A DNA stretch of 64,000 nucleotides from Malacoraja senta (Eukaryota). The stretch lies in contig CM075987.1 of NCBI GenBank assembly GCA_038087875.1, positions 25,732,001 through 25,796,000 on the forward strand. The letters run 5' to 3'. The notes under the pieces are model-generated. The model made no database searches. It was given only the letters and a program-made list of their open reading frames with translations, and had not been told where the DNA came from. The position numbers were made by a program, and so were the translations under genes. Of this stretch, positions 12,019-22,600 are shown one piece after another (positions within the stretch are counted from its first letter, which is position 1; each line of letters begins with the position of its first letter).

Positions 12019-12441
12019 TGCTGCACCCGCTGAGTTTCTCCAGCATTTTTGTGTACCTTCGATTTTCCAGCATCTGCAGTTCCTTCTTTAACATTTTGTC
12101 TACTCCACTGCGAAATCTCGTCAAGGTATGCCTACTTTGAAGAAGTTCTCCTCCTCTCTCCGGAGACTGTTCCACAACCAACTCTCTAACTGCCCCATCT
12201 CTGTGATAACATTGAATTCTCCCAATTCTGCTAGCCCTTGCTGTCCCCTCCCCTTCATCAGCCATCTGGTTGTCTCCTCCCGTCCCCCAGCCCTCGGGCT
12301 CCTCCTCCGCCTTTTTCCTTTTTTCCTTTCTTCTCCACACCCCCTATCAGTCTGAAGAAGGGTTTCGGCCCGAAACGTTACCTATTTCCTTCGCTCCATA
12401 GATGCTGCTGCACCCGCTGAGTTTCTCCAGCATTTTTGTGT
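12019..12441 (+). mobile_element. Internally deleted Penelope-like element with two partial terminal repeats
   Basis: 14-bp TSD acctcctatagaac (12005-12018, 12442-12455); partial module, then ATG-initiated segment, then ORF end NIEFSQFC*, then hammerhead module. Confidence 0.8.
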
Positions 12442-12903
12442 ACCTCCTATAGAACCCTTTGATTCAGTAAAGTTCAGTAAAGAGATCGGGAATCTGGCAT
12501 CATGGCTTGAGAATAAAACCCAGCCTTTAACATCCGCATAATGAAAGAGTTGGTGTTGTCCTACGGAACAGGGGTGCAGGAGAGGTGAACACAACCCTGT
12601 CTTCTTCAACAACACTGGTAGAGATGGCTTCTGGACGTGACTGGCAAACCTCAGATTAGGCTGCCATGAAGTGTCATAAAATGTTCTCACGCTGTTCCTC
12701 AATACTGGTTTGTCTTAAGGTTGTGAGCTCAGTCCCAAATACACAAAATCTATATATAAACTTCAAGCTATTTTTTCTTTTCAACCCACTCTGTCACCTT
12801 ATCAATAACTTGCTTAACTTTGTTAAGCAGAATTTGTCTTTAAAAAGTCTATGTTGGTGTTCCTCAACTGATCCATACTTATCCAAGTAACTGATATTTC
12901 TGT

Positions 12904-13109
12904 GGAAGAAGGGTCTGAAGAAGGGTTCTGTGTCTGAAGAAGGGTTTCGGCCCGAAACGTTTCCTATTTCCTTCGCTGAGTCTGAAGAAGGGTTTCGGCC
13001 CGAAACGTTGCCTATTTCCTTCGCTCCATAGATGCTGCTGCACCCGCTGAGTTTCTCCAGCATTTTTGTGTACCTTCGATTTTCCAGCATCTGCAGTTCC
13101 TTCTTTAAC
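12904..13109 (+). mobile_element. Penelope 3' module with tandem hammerhead-like motifs
   Basis: 14-bp TSD actgatatttctgt (12890-12903, 13110-13123); two full CTGAAGA-agggtttcggccc-GAAACGTT cores. Confidence 0.85.
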
Positions 13110-14034
13110 ACTGATATTTCTGTCCCTGATTATTGTTTCTAAAAAGAGTTCCCACGGTAGACTCACGAGTCACTAAGGCAAACGCACGGGCCACTACGTT
13201 CTTACAACATGTTTAAATGTTTCAAATTTTAACCTCAAGAGTACATTTTACTCGTGGAAAAGTTTAAACATGTTTGAATTTTTTCAAGAGTTAACAAGTT
13301 TCACGGGTACCTGCCGTTAGCGCCACGAGTCGCTAAGTTGCGTCCACGTGTTCCGACGTTCCCGCTACGTTAATCGTACGTGATTACCACGAGTTAAATT
13401 TGTTTTAAACTCGGGGTCACTCGTGGGTCAGCTCGCACAGTGAGACAGGGGTTGAAGGCTGTTTGTTTGATGTGAGATGCTCTGGGATATTATGCGATGT
13501 GCTAAATTGTCATAACAAGGCAACTGCTTACCCCTAATTTCCAAGTTGTTTTATATATTTGTTTGGCGAGTATTAAAGTAAAGAACAGAGATCATTTTGA
13601 AAAAAGGATCCCCCATAAACAGGCCAAGAGGGGAAGGAATCAGAAACTATTCTGATTCCATGCAGGCCGCATTTTCTGCATGTCTGACTTCCATTAAGCC
13701 CTGATTACCGAGAAGCAAACTAACTATGAAATATCGCTCGGTTGGAAACAAGCTTTGAAAGAATGTGGTTGTGTGAATTGTTTCTCATTTCCATTAACTC
13801 AACAGGGGTCCGGAACATTCCAGCTGCTGCTCTTCAGATATCCTGGGACTCAGCAGTTTGTGCCAAGTTTTATTTTTCAGGCTGTTTTTTGACGAGTCCC
13901 AAAATCCTCAAAATGCTGCCGGATTCCTGTTGCCTTTCCCCACCTGCTTGTGTTTAATTATTTTAGACGTTTAATTCTATTCCTTCCATCCTCCAGTAAG
14001 TTGTCCAAATGAGCACGAGGTGCATGTAATCCAG

Positions 14035-15150
14035 AGCGCCTCTGCTCAGTCCGCACAAACCTACCTGATCTCCCGGGTTGCCAAAGACTTTAACTCCCCC
14101 TTCCCATTCCCACAATGACCTTTCTGTCCTGTGCCTCCATTGTCAGAGTGAGGCCCAGCACAAATTGGAGGAACAGCACCTCATATTTCGCTTGGGTAGC
14201 TTACACCCCAGCGGTATGAACATTGACTTCTCCAACTTCAAGTAACCCTTAAAGGCCTGTCTCACGAGTCTGCGGTCATTGGCGGCGAAACGGGAAGAAT
14301 CTGCCGCCATAGACCGCTCACTCGTGAGAACGTACAATTCCGGGGCCGTGCGGCGGTGTTCCCAACACCGCACGGTGCTAAAATAAAACCGACAATGTTG
14401 AAAACAATAATCTTACCGCACAACCTCCACCAGTGATGCATGAGTGTTGCACGGCCGCTCGCACGGGCCGCCGCCAGTGTGGCTCGAGCACCGTGCGTCA
14501 AACCTCCACTGCCACAGCCTCCGCCAGTGAGGCACGTGCCTCCGCCAGTGAGGCACGTGTGCTGCACGGCCGCAGGCACAGCCACCGCTACAGCGCCGCG
14601 ATCAGGATGTCCGCCGCCACAGCCGCCGCTAGTGAGTCACGTGCGGCGGGCCGACGTCATCGCAGTCGGCCCGCCCTTTTTTTTACTTACCGCAAGCACA
14701 TGGGACCCGCCGTGTTTGAATTACTCGGCCCCCGCGCAGCATCCGTGCGGCGCTCCAGTGGATAGGCTCGGCGCTCTCGCCGTTGCCGTGCGGTCCCCGC
14801 TACCGGCGACGCCGCGCTTCACCGCCGATGACCGCAAACAGGTAAGACAGAGCCTTTACTTTCCCTCTCTTCCCTTACCTGTTCTCCAGCCAGTCTTATG
14901 GTCTCCGACTACATTCTATCTCTGTTCGCTTTGTTGTTACCTTCTCCCAGCTAACAATGATCTATTCTACATTTTCCTTGATCTCTATACCCTTTGTCCT
15001 ATTTTCACACCTTACATTTCCTTATCTCAGCATCTTACTCTCCCATGATTCAGGGAAGAAGCGTCTCGACCCGAAACGTCACCCCTTCCTTCAATCCAGA
15101 GAAACTGCCTGTCCCGCTGAGTTACTCCAGCTTTTTTTGTCTGTCTTTGG
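14035..15150 (+). mobile_element. Penelope-like 3' fragment (GIY-YIG C-terminus plus UTR), interrupted by a MITE
   Basis: KLEEQHLIFRLGSLHPSGMNIDFSNF-coding sequence, then UTR and module at about 15050-15150. Confidence 0.8.
14253..14855. mobile_element. PIF/Harbinger-type MITE, family D (GC/CpG-rich)
   Basis: TIR aggcctgtctcacgagtctgcggtcattggcggcgaa vs ttcaccgccgatgaccgcaaacaggtaagacagagcct; TAA/TTA flanks; internal 21-bp tandem gcctccgccagtgaggcacgt. Confidence 0.78.
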
Positions 15151-15659
15151 TGAAATTTAAAGCAATCCAAGATAACACTGCCATACTGATTCAATCTGGT
15201 GATTTTAAGTTTTATATAAACACTGCTGTCGATGAATTATAAATGCTGTCAAAACATATGCACTAAGCACGTATTTCATTAAAAAAAAAATCTCCCTCTA
15301 CATTTCTACATTAGGATTTAATGAAGTTGTAATAAACACTGAAATATCCATATTCCACTCTTCAGGGCAGCACAGTGGCGCAGTGGCAGAGTTGCTGCCT
15401 TACCGTGCCAGAGACCCGCGTTCGATCGTGACTGAGGGTGCTGTCTGTGCGGTGTTGACTGACTGAATGGTATAACTGATGTGAGAGCATAATTGATCAG
15501 CACCCATCTTTTTTTTCTTTTTTTAATTCAGAGATACAGGATGGAAACAGGCCTTTCGGCCCACCGTGTCCACGCCAACCATTCACACTAGTTTATCCCA
15601 CCATGCACTAGGGGCGATTTTACAGAGGCCAATTAACCTAGAAAACGTCTTTGGGATAA

Positions 15660-15967
15660 GTTCATAAGTTACAAGTTATAGAAGCAGAATTAGGCCATTC
15701 GGCCCATCGTCTAATCCGCCATTCAATCATGGTTGATCTATCTTTCTCTCTCAACCCCATTCTCCTGACTTCTCCCCATCATCCCTGACACCCATAGTAA
15801 TCAGAAATGTATCAATCTCTGCCTTAAAAAATATCCATTGACTTGGCCTCCAGAGCCTTCTATGGCAATGAATTCCACAGATTCACCACCCTCTTACTAA
15901 AGAATATCCTCCTTATCTCCTTTCTAAAGGTGCGTCTTTTTATTCTGAGGGTATGGCCTCTGGTCCT
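15660..15967 (-). mobile_element. CR1 LINE 3' fragment
   Basis: Reverse-strand VVNLWNSLP region, 3' UTR and tail. Confidence 0.8.
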
Positions 15968-16492
15968 AAAACATAACTTAAAGCCCTGTCCCACGGTACA
16001 AGTTCATTCCAAGAGCTCTCCCGAGTTTGCCCTGATTCGAACTCGGAGATTTACGGTAATGGCCACTCGTCGGTACTCGGGGCTCTCGTGGACATTTTTC
16101 AACATGTTGAAAAATCTTCACGAGTCTTCCCGTGCTTACCTGCCGTTAGCGAGTCTTCCCGAGTACCTGCCGTTAGCATTACGAGCCGCTAAGAGATGCC
16201 CCCGAGCTCCGACGTACCCGCTACGTTCATTCTCCGTGATTGTTTTTTAACTCGGGAGACCTCTTGGAATGAACTCGTACCGTGGGACAGGGCTTTAAGT
16301 TATGTTTTAGGACCAGAGGCCATACCCACAGAATAAAAAGACGCACCTTTAGAAAGGAGATAAGGAGGATATTCTTTAGTAAGAGGGTGGTGAGTCTGTG
16401 GAATTCATTGCCATAGAAGGCTGTGGAGGCCAAGTCAATGGATATTTTTTAAGGCAGAGATTGATACATTTCTGATTACTATGGGTGTCAGG
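15784..16492. repeat. About 710-bp inverted duplication centred on a MITE
   Basis: 15784-15981 is the reverse complement of 16295-16492 with about 3 substitutions. Confidence 0.92.
15982..16294. mobile_element. PIF/Harbinger-type MITE, family C
   Basis: TIR agccctgtcccacggtac(a/g)agttcattccaagag; sister copies at 61479-61794 and 62129-62456. Confidence 0.85.
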
Positions 16493-16647
16493 ATCCAACT
16501 GCAAATTTATGCTCTTTACAGAGTGAAATCTCATTTGCTGGTTTTCAAGAATCACTAATATGCAACCATTCCTAATGATGCTGTTTCTTTTTTGCCTTAG
16601 ACACAGAATAAAGTGACCTGTGATGAGAATGCAGCGACTGTTATAGA

Positions 16648-16822
16648 CTGTCACAAAATGCTGGAGCAACTCAGCGGGACGGGCAGCATCTCTGGGGAGA
16701 AGGAATGGGTAACGTTTCGGGTCGAGACCCTTCTTCAGTCTGGAGAAGGTTCTGGGCCCGAAACGTCACCCATTTTGTGTCTATCTGCGGTGTACACCAA
16801 CATCTGCAGTTCCTTCCTACAC
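16648..16822. mobile_element. Head-to-head twin Penelope 3' modules
   Basis: aacgtttcgggtcgagacccttcttcag immediately followed by tctggagaaggttctgggcccgaaacgtcacc. Confidence 0.75.
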
Positions 16823-17182
16823 ATAGAGCAACTATTAGTTCTACTCATAATTAAGTAACGTTTTTAGAAAAATTCAGGCAAAAAGGGATAGAAATAAAGA
16901 AAAATGGTATTTATTCAGACCCAGCTCCTGCCTGTTTTGAGATAATTGCAGCATGATTATTTCAATGCTCTTTGGCTAATTTGCTTGGCTGAGGAATCAA
17001 GCTGCAGCATTTCAACATAATTGAACATTGCGATTGCTTTAGGCCATATCTGGTTGGCCGTTTCTTTGGAAACTAGAAGACAGCTAATACATAACTTAAG
17101 AAGACAGTGTCACCCTTGACAAGGTTCAGCTAAACAATTGATTATGAAGTTACTGAGAATGCATATAAAGAGCCAATAGAGT

Positions 17183-17492
17183 GGGCGGCACGATGGCGTA
17201 GCGGGAGAGTCGGTGCCTTACAGCACTGGAGACCCAGATTCAATCCTGACTACGGGTGCTGTCTGTACGGAGTTTGTACGTTCTCCCCGTGACCTGCGTG
17301 GGTTTTCTCCGGGATCTTCGGTTTCCTCCCACACTCCAAAGACGTACAGGTTTGTAGGATAATTGGCTCGGTATCATTGTAAATTGTCCCTAGCATGCAT
17401 AGGATAGTGCTAGTGTATGGGGATCGCTGGGCGGCATGGACTCGATGGGCCGAAGGGCCGTATCTCTAAATTAAACAAAACTAAACTAAACA
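17183..17492 (+). mobile_element. V-SINE (HE1-like), full length
   Basis: tRNA-like head, V-domain, (ACTAA)n tail. Confidence 0.88.
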
Positions 17493-17714
17493 ATATTTTA
17501 ACGTGAAAGACATTGACTATTTTGTCTTGTAAGTGGGATTAATGATCAGGATCCAACTGCAAATTTATGCTCTTTACTGACTGTGCAATTTATCCTTTGA
17601 TTGAGAATTGATCAATTAATTTGGCTGGCAATTTTTAAATGGAAATGGTCCAAGTGTTGCATAACTCAGTCCTTTTACAACGATTGCAAAGAAGATCCTG
17701 TGAAGTTAGACACA

Positions 17715-18140
17715 AAATCAGGAAGGCTGGCTCCATCCTGGGGGCAGAGTTCGATTCACAGGAGATGGTCTTGGAGGGGAGGATGCTCCTCAAACTGCGG
17801 AGCATCTTGGACAATACAGCTCACCCCCTCCGTGACACACTGGTCAACCTGAGGAGCACCTTCAGCAACAGACTGGTTCCACCAAGATGCAGCACAGAAC
17901 GCCACAGGAGATCCTTCTTCCCTGTGGCTATCAAACTGGCCAACTCCTCCTCCCCCTTCTGTCGTGGGGTAGACTGAGACTGACTCCCCCACCCCACCTC
18001 ATCCCAATCTTTGCACATCCCCAATCCTTTCCACTCGTCACTTTAATTTCATGTTTCATGTATTTCGTGTTTTTATGACTGTTGGCAGATCAATTTACCC
18101 CCTGGGATAAATAAAGTTCTATTGTATCGTATTGTAACGT
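17715..18140 (+). mobile_element. Rex1/Babar LINE 3' fragment
   Basis: RKAGSILG...ILDNTAHPL...TERHRRSFFPVAIKLAN; 3' aatttaccccctgggataaataaagt and microsatellite tail. Confidence 0.8.
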
Positions 18141-18522
18141 AAAATGTTGTAGTATAACTCAGCGGGTCAAGCAGCATCTCTGGAGAGAAGGAATGGGTGA
18201 TATTTTAGGACGGCACCCTTCTTCAGACCTGAACTCTAAGCATCAACTATTCACCTTCTCCAGCAATCTTTGAGTATTAAAATATTTTTATTTCTTGTTT
18301 AGTTTGGTGATATGGCAGGAAAACAGGCCCTTCGGCCCACCGAGTCCGTGCCAACCAGCAATCTCTGTACTATCTTACACATTGGGGACAATTTACAATC
18401 TTTACCGAGTTGATTAACCTGTACATAGATACATAGATACATAGAAATTAGGTGCAGGAGTAGGCCATTCGGCCCTTCGAGCCTGCACCGCCATTCAATA
18501 CGATCATGGCTGATCATCCAAC

Positions 18523-21459
18523 TCAGTATCCCGTACCTGCCTTCTCTCCATACCCCCTGATCCCTTTAGCCACAAGGGCCACATCTAATTCCCTCTTAAA
18601 TATAGCCAATGAACTGGCCTCAACTACCCTCTGTGGCAGAGAGTTCCAGAGATTCACCACTCTCTGTGTGAAAAAGTTTTTCCTCATCTCGGTCTTAAAG
18701 GATTTTCCCCTTATCCTTAAGCTGTGACCCCTTGTCCTGGACTTCCCCAACATCGGGAACAATCTTCCTGCATCTAGCCTGTCCAACCCCATAAGAATCT
18801 TGTACGTTTCTATAAGATCCCCTCTCAATCTCCTAAATTCTAGCGAGTATAAGCCAAGTCTATCCAGTCTTTCTTCATATGAAAGTCCTGACATCCCAGG
18901 AATCAGTCTGGTGAACCTTCTCTGCACTCCCTCTATGGCTATAATGTCCTTCCTCAGATTTGGAGACCAAAACTGTACGCAATACTCCAGGTGTGGTCTC
19001 ACCAAGACCCTGTACAACTGCAGTAGAACCTCACTGCTCCTATACTCAAATCCTCTTGCTATGAAGGCCAACATACCATTCGCTTTCTTCACTGCCTGCT
19101 GCACCTGCATGCCTACTTTCAATGACTGGTGTACCATGACACCCAGGTCTCGCTGCATCTCCCCATTTCCTAATCGGCCACCATTTAGATAATAGTCTGC
19201 CTTCCCGTTTTTGCTACCAAAGTGGATAACCTCACATTTATCCACATTATACTGCATCTGCCAAACATTTGCCCACTCACCCAGCCTATCCAAGTCACCT
19301 TGCAGTCTCCTAGCATCCTCCTCACAGCTAACACTGCCCCCCAGCTTAGTGTCATCCGCAAACTTGGAGATGTTGCTTTCAATTCCCTCGTCCAGATCAT
19401 TAATATAAATTGTAAATAGCTGGGGTCCCAGCACTGAGCCTTGCGGTACCCCACTAGTCACTGCCTGCCATTGTGAAAAGGACCCGTTTACTCCTACTCT
19501 TTGCTTCCTGTTTGCCAGCCAGTTCTCTATCCACATCAATACTGAACCCCCAATACCGTGTGATTTAAGTTTGTATCCTAATCTCTTATGTGGTACCTTG
19601 TCGAAAGCCTTCTGAAAGTCCAGATACAACACATCCACTGGTTCTCCCCTATCCACTCTACTAGTTACATCCTCGAAAAATTCTATAAGATTCGTCAGAC
19701 ACGATTTACCTTTCGTAAATCCATGCTGACTTTGTCCAATGATTTCACCACTTTCCAAATGTGCTGCTATCCCATCTTTAATAACTGACTCTAGCAGTTT
19801 CCCCACTACCGATGTTAGACTAACTGGTCTGTAATTCCCCGTTTTCTCTCTCCCTCCCTTCTTAAAAAGTGGGGTTACGTTTGCTACCCTCCAATCCTCA
19901 GGAACTACTCCAGAATCTAAAGAGTTTTGAAAAATTATCACTAATGCATCCACTATTTCTGGAGCTACTTCCTTAAGTACTCTGGGATGCAGCCTATCTG
20001 GCCCTGGTGATTTATCGGCCTTTAATCCATTCAATTTACCCAACACCACTTCCCGACTAACCTGGATTTCACTCAGTTCCTCCATCTCCTTTGACCCGCG
20101 GCCCCCTGCTATTTCCGGCAGATTATTTATGTCTTCCTTAGTGAAGACGGAACCAAAGTAGTTATTCAATTGGTCTGCCATATCCTTGTTCCCCATGATC
20201 AATTCACCTGTTTCTGACTGCAAGGGACCTACATTTGATTTAACTAATCTCTTTCTCTTCACATATCTATAAAAACTTTTGCAGTCAGTTTTTATGTTCC
20301 CTGCCAGTTTCCTTTCATAATCTATTTTCCCTTTCCTAATTAAGCCCTTTGTCCTCCTCTGCTGGTCTCTGAATTTCTCCCAGTCCTCTGGTATGCTGCT
20401 TTTTCTGGCTAATTTGTACGCATCATCTTTTGCTTTGATACTATCCCTGATTTCCCTTGTTATCCACGGATGCACTACCTTCCTTGATTTATTCTTTTGC
20501 CAAACTGGGATGAACAATTTTTGTAGTTCATCCATGCAGTCTTTAAATGCCTTCCATTGCATATCCACCGTCAACCCTTTTAGAACTAATTGCCAGTCAA
20601 TCTTGGCCAATTCATGTCTCATACCCTCAAAGTTACCTTTCTTTAAGTTCAGAACCGTTGTTTCTGAATTAACAATGTCACTCTCCATCCTAATGAAGAA
20701 CTCAACCATATTATGATCACTCTTGCCCAAGGGGGCACGCACAACAAGTCTGCTAACTAACCCTTCCTCATTACTCAATACCCAGTCTAGAATAGCCTGC
20801 TCTCTCGTTGGTTCCTCTACATGTTGGTTTAGATAACTATCCCTCATACATTCCAAGAAATCCTCTTCCTCAGCACCCCTGCCAATTTGATTCACCCAAT
20901 CTATATGTAGATTGAAGTCACCCATTATAACTGTTTTGCCTTTGTTGCACGCATTTCTAATTTCCTGTTTGATGCCATCCCCAACTTCACTACTACTGCT
21001 AGGTGGCCTGTACACAACGCCCACCAGCGTTTTCTGCCCCTTAGTGTTTCGCAGCTCTACCCATACCGATTCCACATCCTCCAAGCTAATGTCCTTCCTT
21101 TCCACTGCGTTAATCTCCTCTCTAACCAGCAACGCCACCCCACCTCCTTTTCCTTTCTCTCTATCCCTCCTGAATATTGAATATCCCTGGATGTTCAGCT
21201 CCCAGCCTTGGTCACCTTGGAGCCATGTCTCCGTGATCCCAACTATATCATAATCATTAATTGCTATCTGCACGTTCAACTCATCCACCTTATTACGAAT
21301 GCTCCTTGCATTGAGACACAAAGCCTTCAGACTTGTTTTTACAACGCTCTTACCCCTTATACAATTATGTTGAAAAGTGGCTCTTTTTGATTTTTGTCCT
21401 GGATTTGTCTGCCTGCCACTTTTACCTTTCACCTTGCTACCTATTGCTTCCGCCCGCAT
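18523..21459 (-). CDS. CR1 ORF2: APE endonuclease plus reverse transcriptase (frame open up to 21822; first in-frame ATG after the ORF1 stop at 21459)
   Basis: NARSI, GITETW, VYRPP, MGDFN, SDHN endonuclease motifs; [36 protein letters not shown] motifs; no stops. Confidence 0.93.
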   Translation of the reverse strand: MRAEAIGSKVKGKSGRQTNPGQKSKRATFQHNCIRGKSVVKTSLKALCLNARSIRNKVDELNVQIAINDYDIVGITETWLQGDQGWELNIQGYSIFRRDREKGKGGGVALLVREEINAVERKDISLEDVESVWVELRNTKGQKTLVGVVYRPPSSSSEVGDGIKQEIRNACNKGKTVIMGDFNLHIDWVNQIGRGAEEEDFLECMRDSYLNQHVEEPTREQAILDWVLSNEEGLVSRLVVRAPLGKSDHNMVEFFIRMESDIVNSETTVLNLKKGNFEGMRHELAKIDWQLVLKGLTVDMQWKAFKDCMDELQKLFIPVWQKNKSRKVVHPWITREIRDSIKAKDDAYKLARKSSIPEDWEKFRDQQRRTKGLIRKGKIDYERKLAGNIKTDCKSFYRYVKRKRLVKSNVGPLQSETGELIMGNKDMADQLNNYFGSVFTKEDINNLPEIAGGRGSKEMEELSEIQVSREVVLGKLNGLKADKSPGPDRLHPRVLKEVAPEIVDALVIIFQNSLDSGVVPEDWRVANVTPLFKKGGREKTGNYRPVSLTSVVGKLLESVIKDGIAAHLESGEIIGQSQHGFTKGKSCLTNLIEFFEDVTSRVDRGEPVDVLYLDFQKAFDKVPHKRLGYKLKSHGIGGSVLMWIENWLANRKQRVGVNGSFSQWQAVTSGVPQGSVLGPQLFTIYINDLDEGIESNISKFADDTKLGGSVSCEEDARRLQGDLDRLGEWANVWQMQYNVDKCEVIHFGSKNGKADYYLNGGRLGNGEMQRDLGVMVHQSLKVGMQVQQAVKKANGMLAFIARGFEYRSSEVLLQLYRVLVRPHLEYCVQFWSPNLRKDIIAIEGVQRRFTRLIPGMSGLSYEERLDRLGLYSLEFRRLRGDLIETYKILMGLDRLDAGRLFPMLGKSRTRGHSLRIRGKSFKTEMRKNFFTQRVVNLWNSLPQRVVEASSLAIFKRELDVALVAKGIRGYGEKAGTGY

Positions 21460-21638
21460 TTTACACCCCTCTGTTTCTCTGCTCACCCATTTAAGAACCC
21501 CACCACCTCTTATTCTCTGTTTATTATTGTTTTCTTCTTTCCCCCCTACATGTTGGGTCTGAGTGCTTTCCTTCTCTGCCTCCTGCCTCACACACTGTCT
21601 AATAGCATTCTCTATTTGAGTCCCTCCCCCCAACCATT

Positions 21639-22573
21639 CTAGTTTAAAGTCTCCCCAGTAGCCTTTGCAGATCTCCCCGCCAGGATATCGGTCCCCCTCA
21701 GGTTCAAGTGCAACCCATCCTTTTTGTACAGGTCGAACCTTCCACAAAAGAAGTCCCAATGATCCAGAAATTTGAATCCCTGCCTTCTGCACCAGTCCTT
21801 CAGCCACGCATTTATCCTCCACCTCGCTCCATTCCTACTCTCACTGTCGCGTGGTACAGGCAGTAATCCCGAGATTGTTACCTTTGCTGTCCTTCTCTTT
21901 AACTCCCCTCCTAACTCCCTAAATTCTCCTTTCAGGACCTCTTCTCTTTTTTTACCTATGTCATTGGTACCTATATGTATCACGACCTCGGGCTCCTCTC
22001 CCTGCCCTTTCAGGATGTCTTGGACACGTTGGGACACATCACAGACCCTGGCACCAGGGAGGCAAACTACCACCGGGTCTCCCGACTGCGTCCACAGAAT
22101 CGCCTGTCTGACCCCCTAACTATAGAGTCCCCTATTAATATTGCCCTCCTCTTCTTTTCCTTACCCTTCTGAGCAACAGGACCGGTCTCTATACCGGAGG
22201 CCCGGCCGCTGTCGCTACCCCCAGGTAGGCTGTCCACCCCAACAGTGCTCAAACAGGAGTACTTATTGTCAAGGTGTACAGCCACCGGGGTACTCTCTAG
22301 TCCCTGCCTGTGCCCCTTGCCTCTCCCAACCGTGATCCACTTGCCTGCCTCCTGTGGTGTTGGAGTGACCACATCCCTGTAACTCCTCTCAATGACTTCC
22401 TCGCTCTCCCTGACCAGACGGAGGTCATCGAGCTGCTGCTCCAGGTTCCTAATACGGTCCATTAGGAGCCCCATCTCGATACACCTGGCGCAAATGTGGA
22501 CGTCTGGAGGGCTATCAGACTCCATGACTTCCCACATCTGACATCCAGAACAGTAAACTGCCCTGGCCCTCAT
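21639..22573 (-). pseudogene. CR1 ORF1 (zinc finger, coiled coil, SGNH esterase) with one frameshift near 22075
   Basis: CSGC...HICARC, then LIGDSIVRG, CLPGA, HIGTNDI and DGLHLN blocks split across ORFs 22067..22660 and 21639..22073; restoring one base gives ETR-M-VVCLPG. Confidence 0.88.
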
Positions 22574-22600
22574 ACTCCCCTTACCCTGGATAGAATATAA

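Larger units (their letters stand above)
10910..13453 (+). mobile_element. Internally deleted PIF/Harbinger transposon with nested inserts
   Basis: About 45-bp TIRs aagcccagtctcactctgcgagttgacccacgagtgaccccgagt / actcggggtcactcgtgggtcagctcgcacagtgagacaggggtt; TAA/GAA flanks; transposase relic inside. Confidence 0.75.

Noticed and set aside
14262..15048. GC-rich Pro/Ala-rich ORFs resembling a CpG-island exon
   Set aside because: Lie within a TIR-bounded MITE nested in a Penelope fragment.
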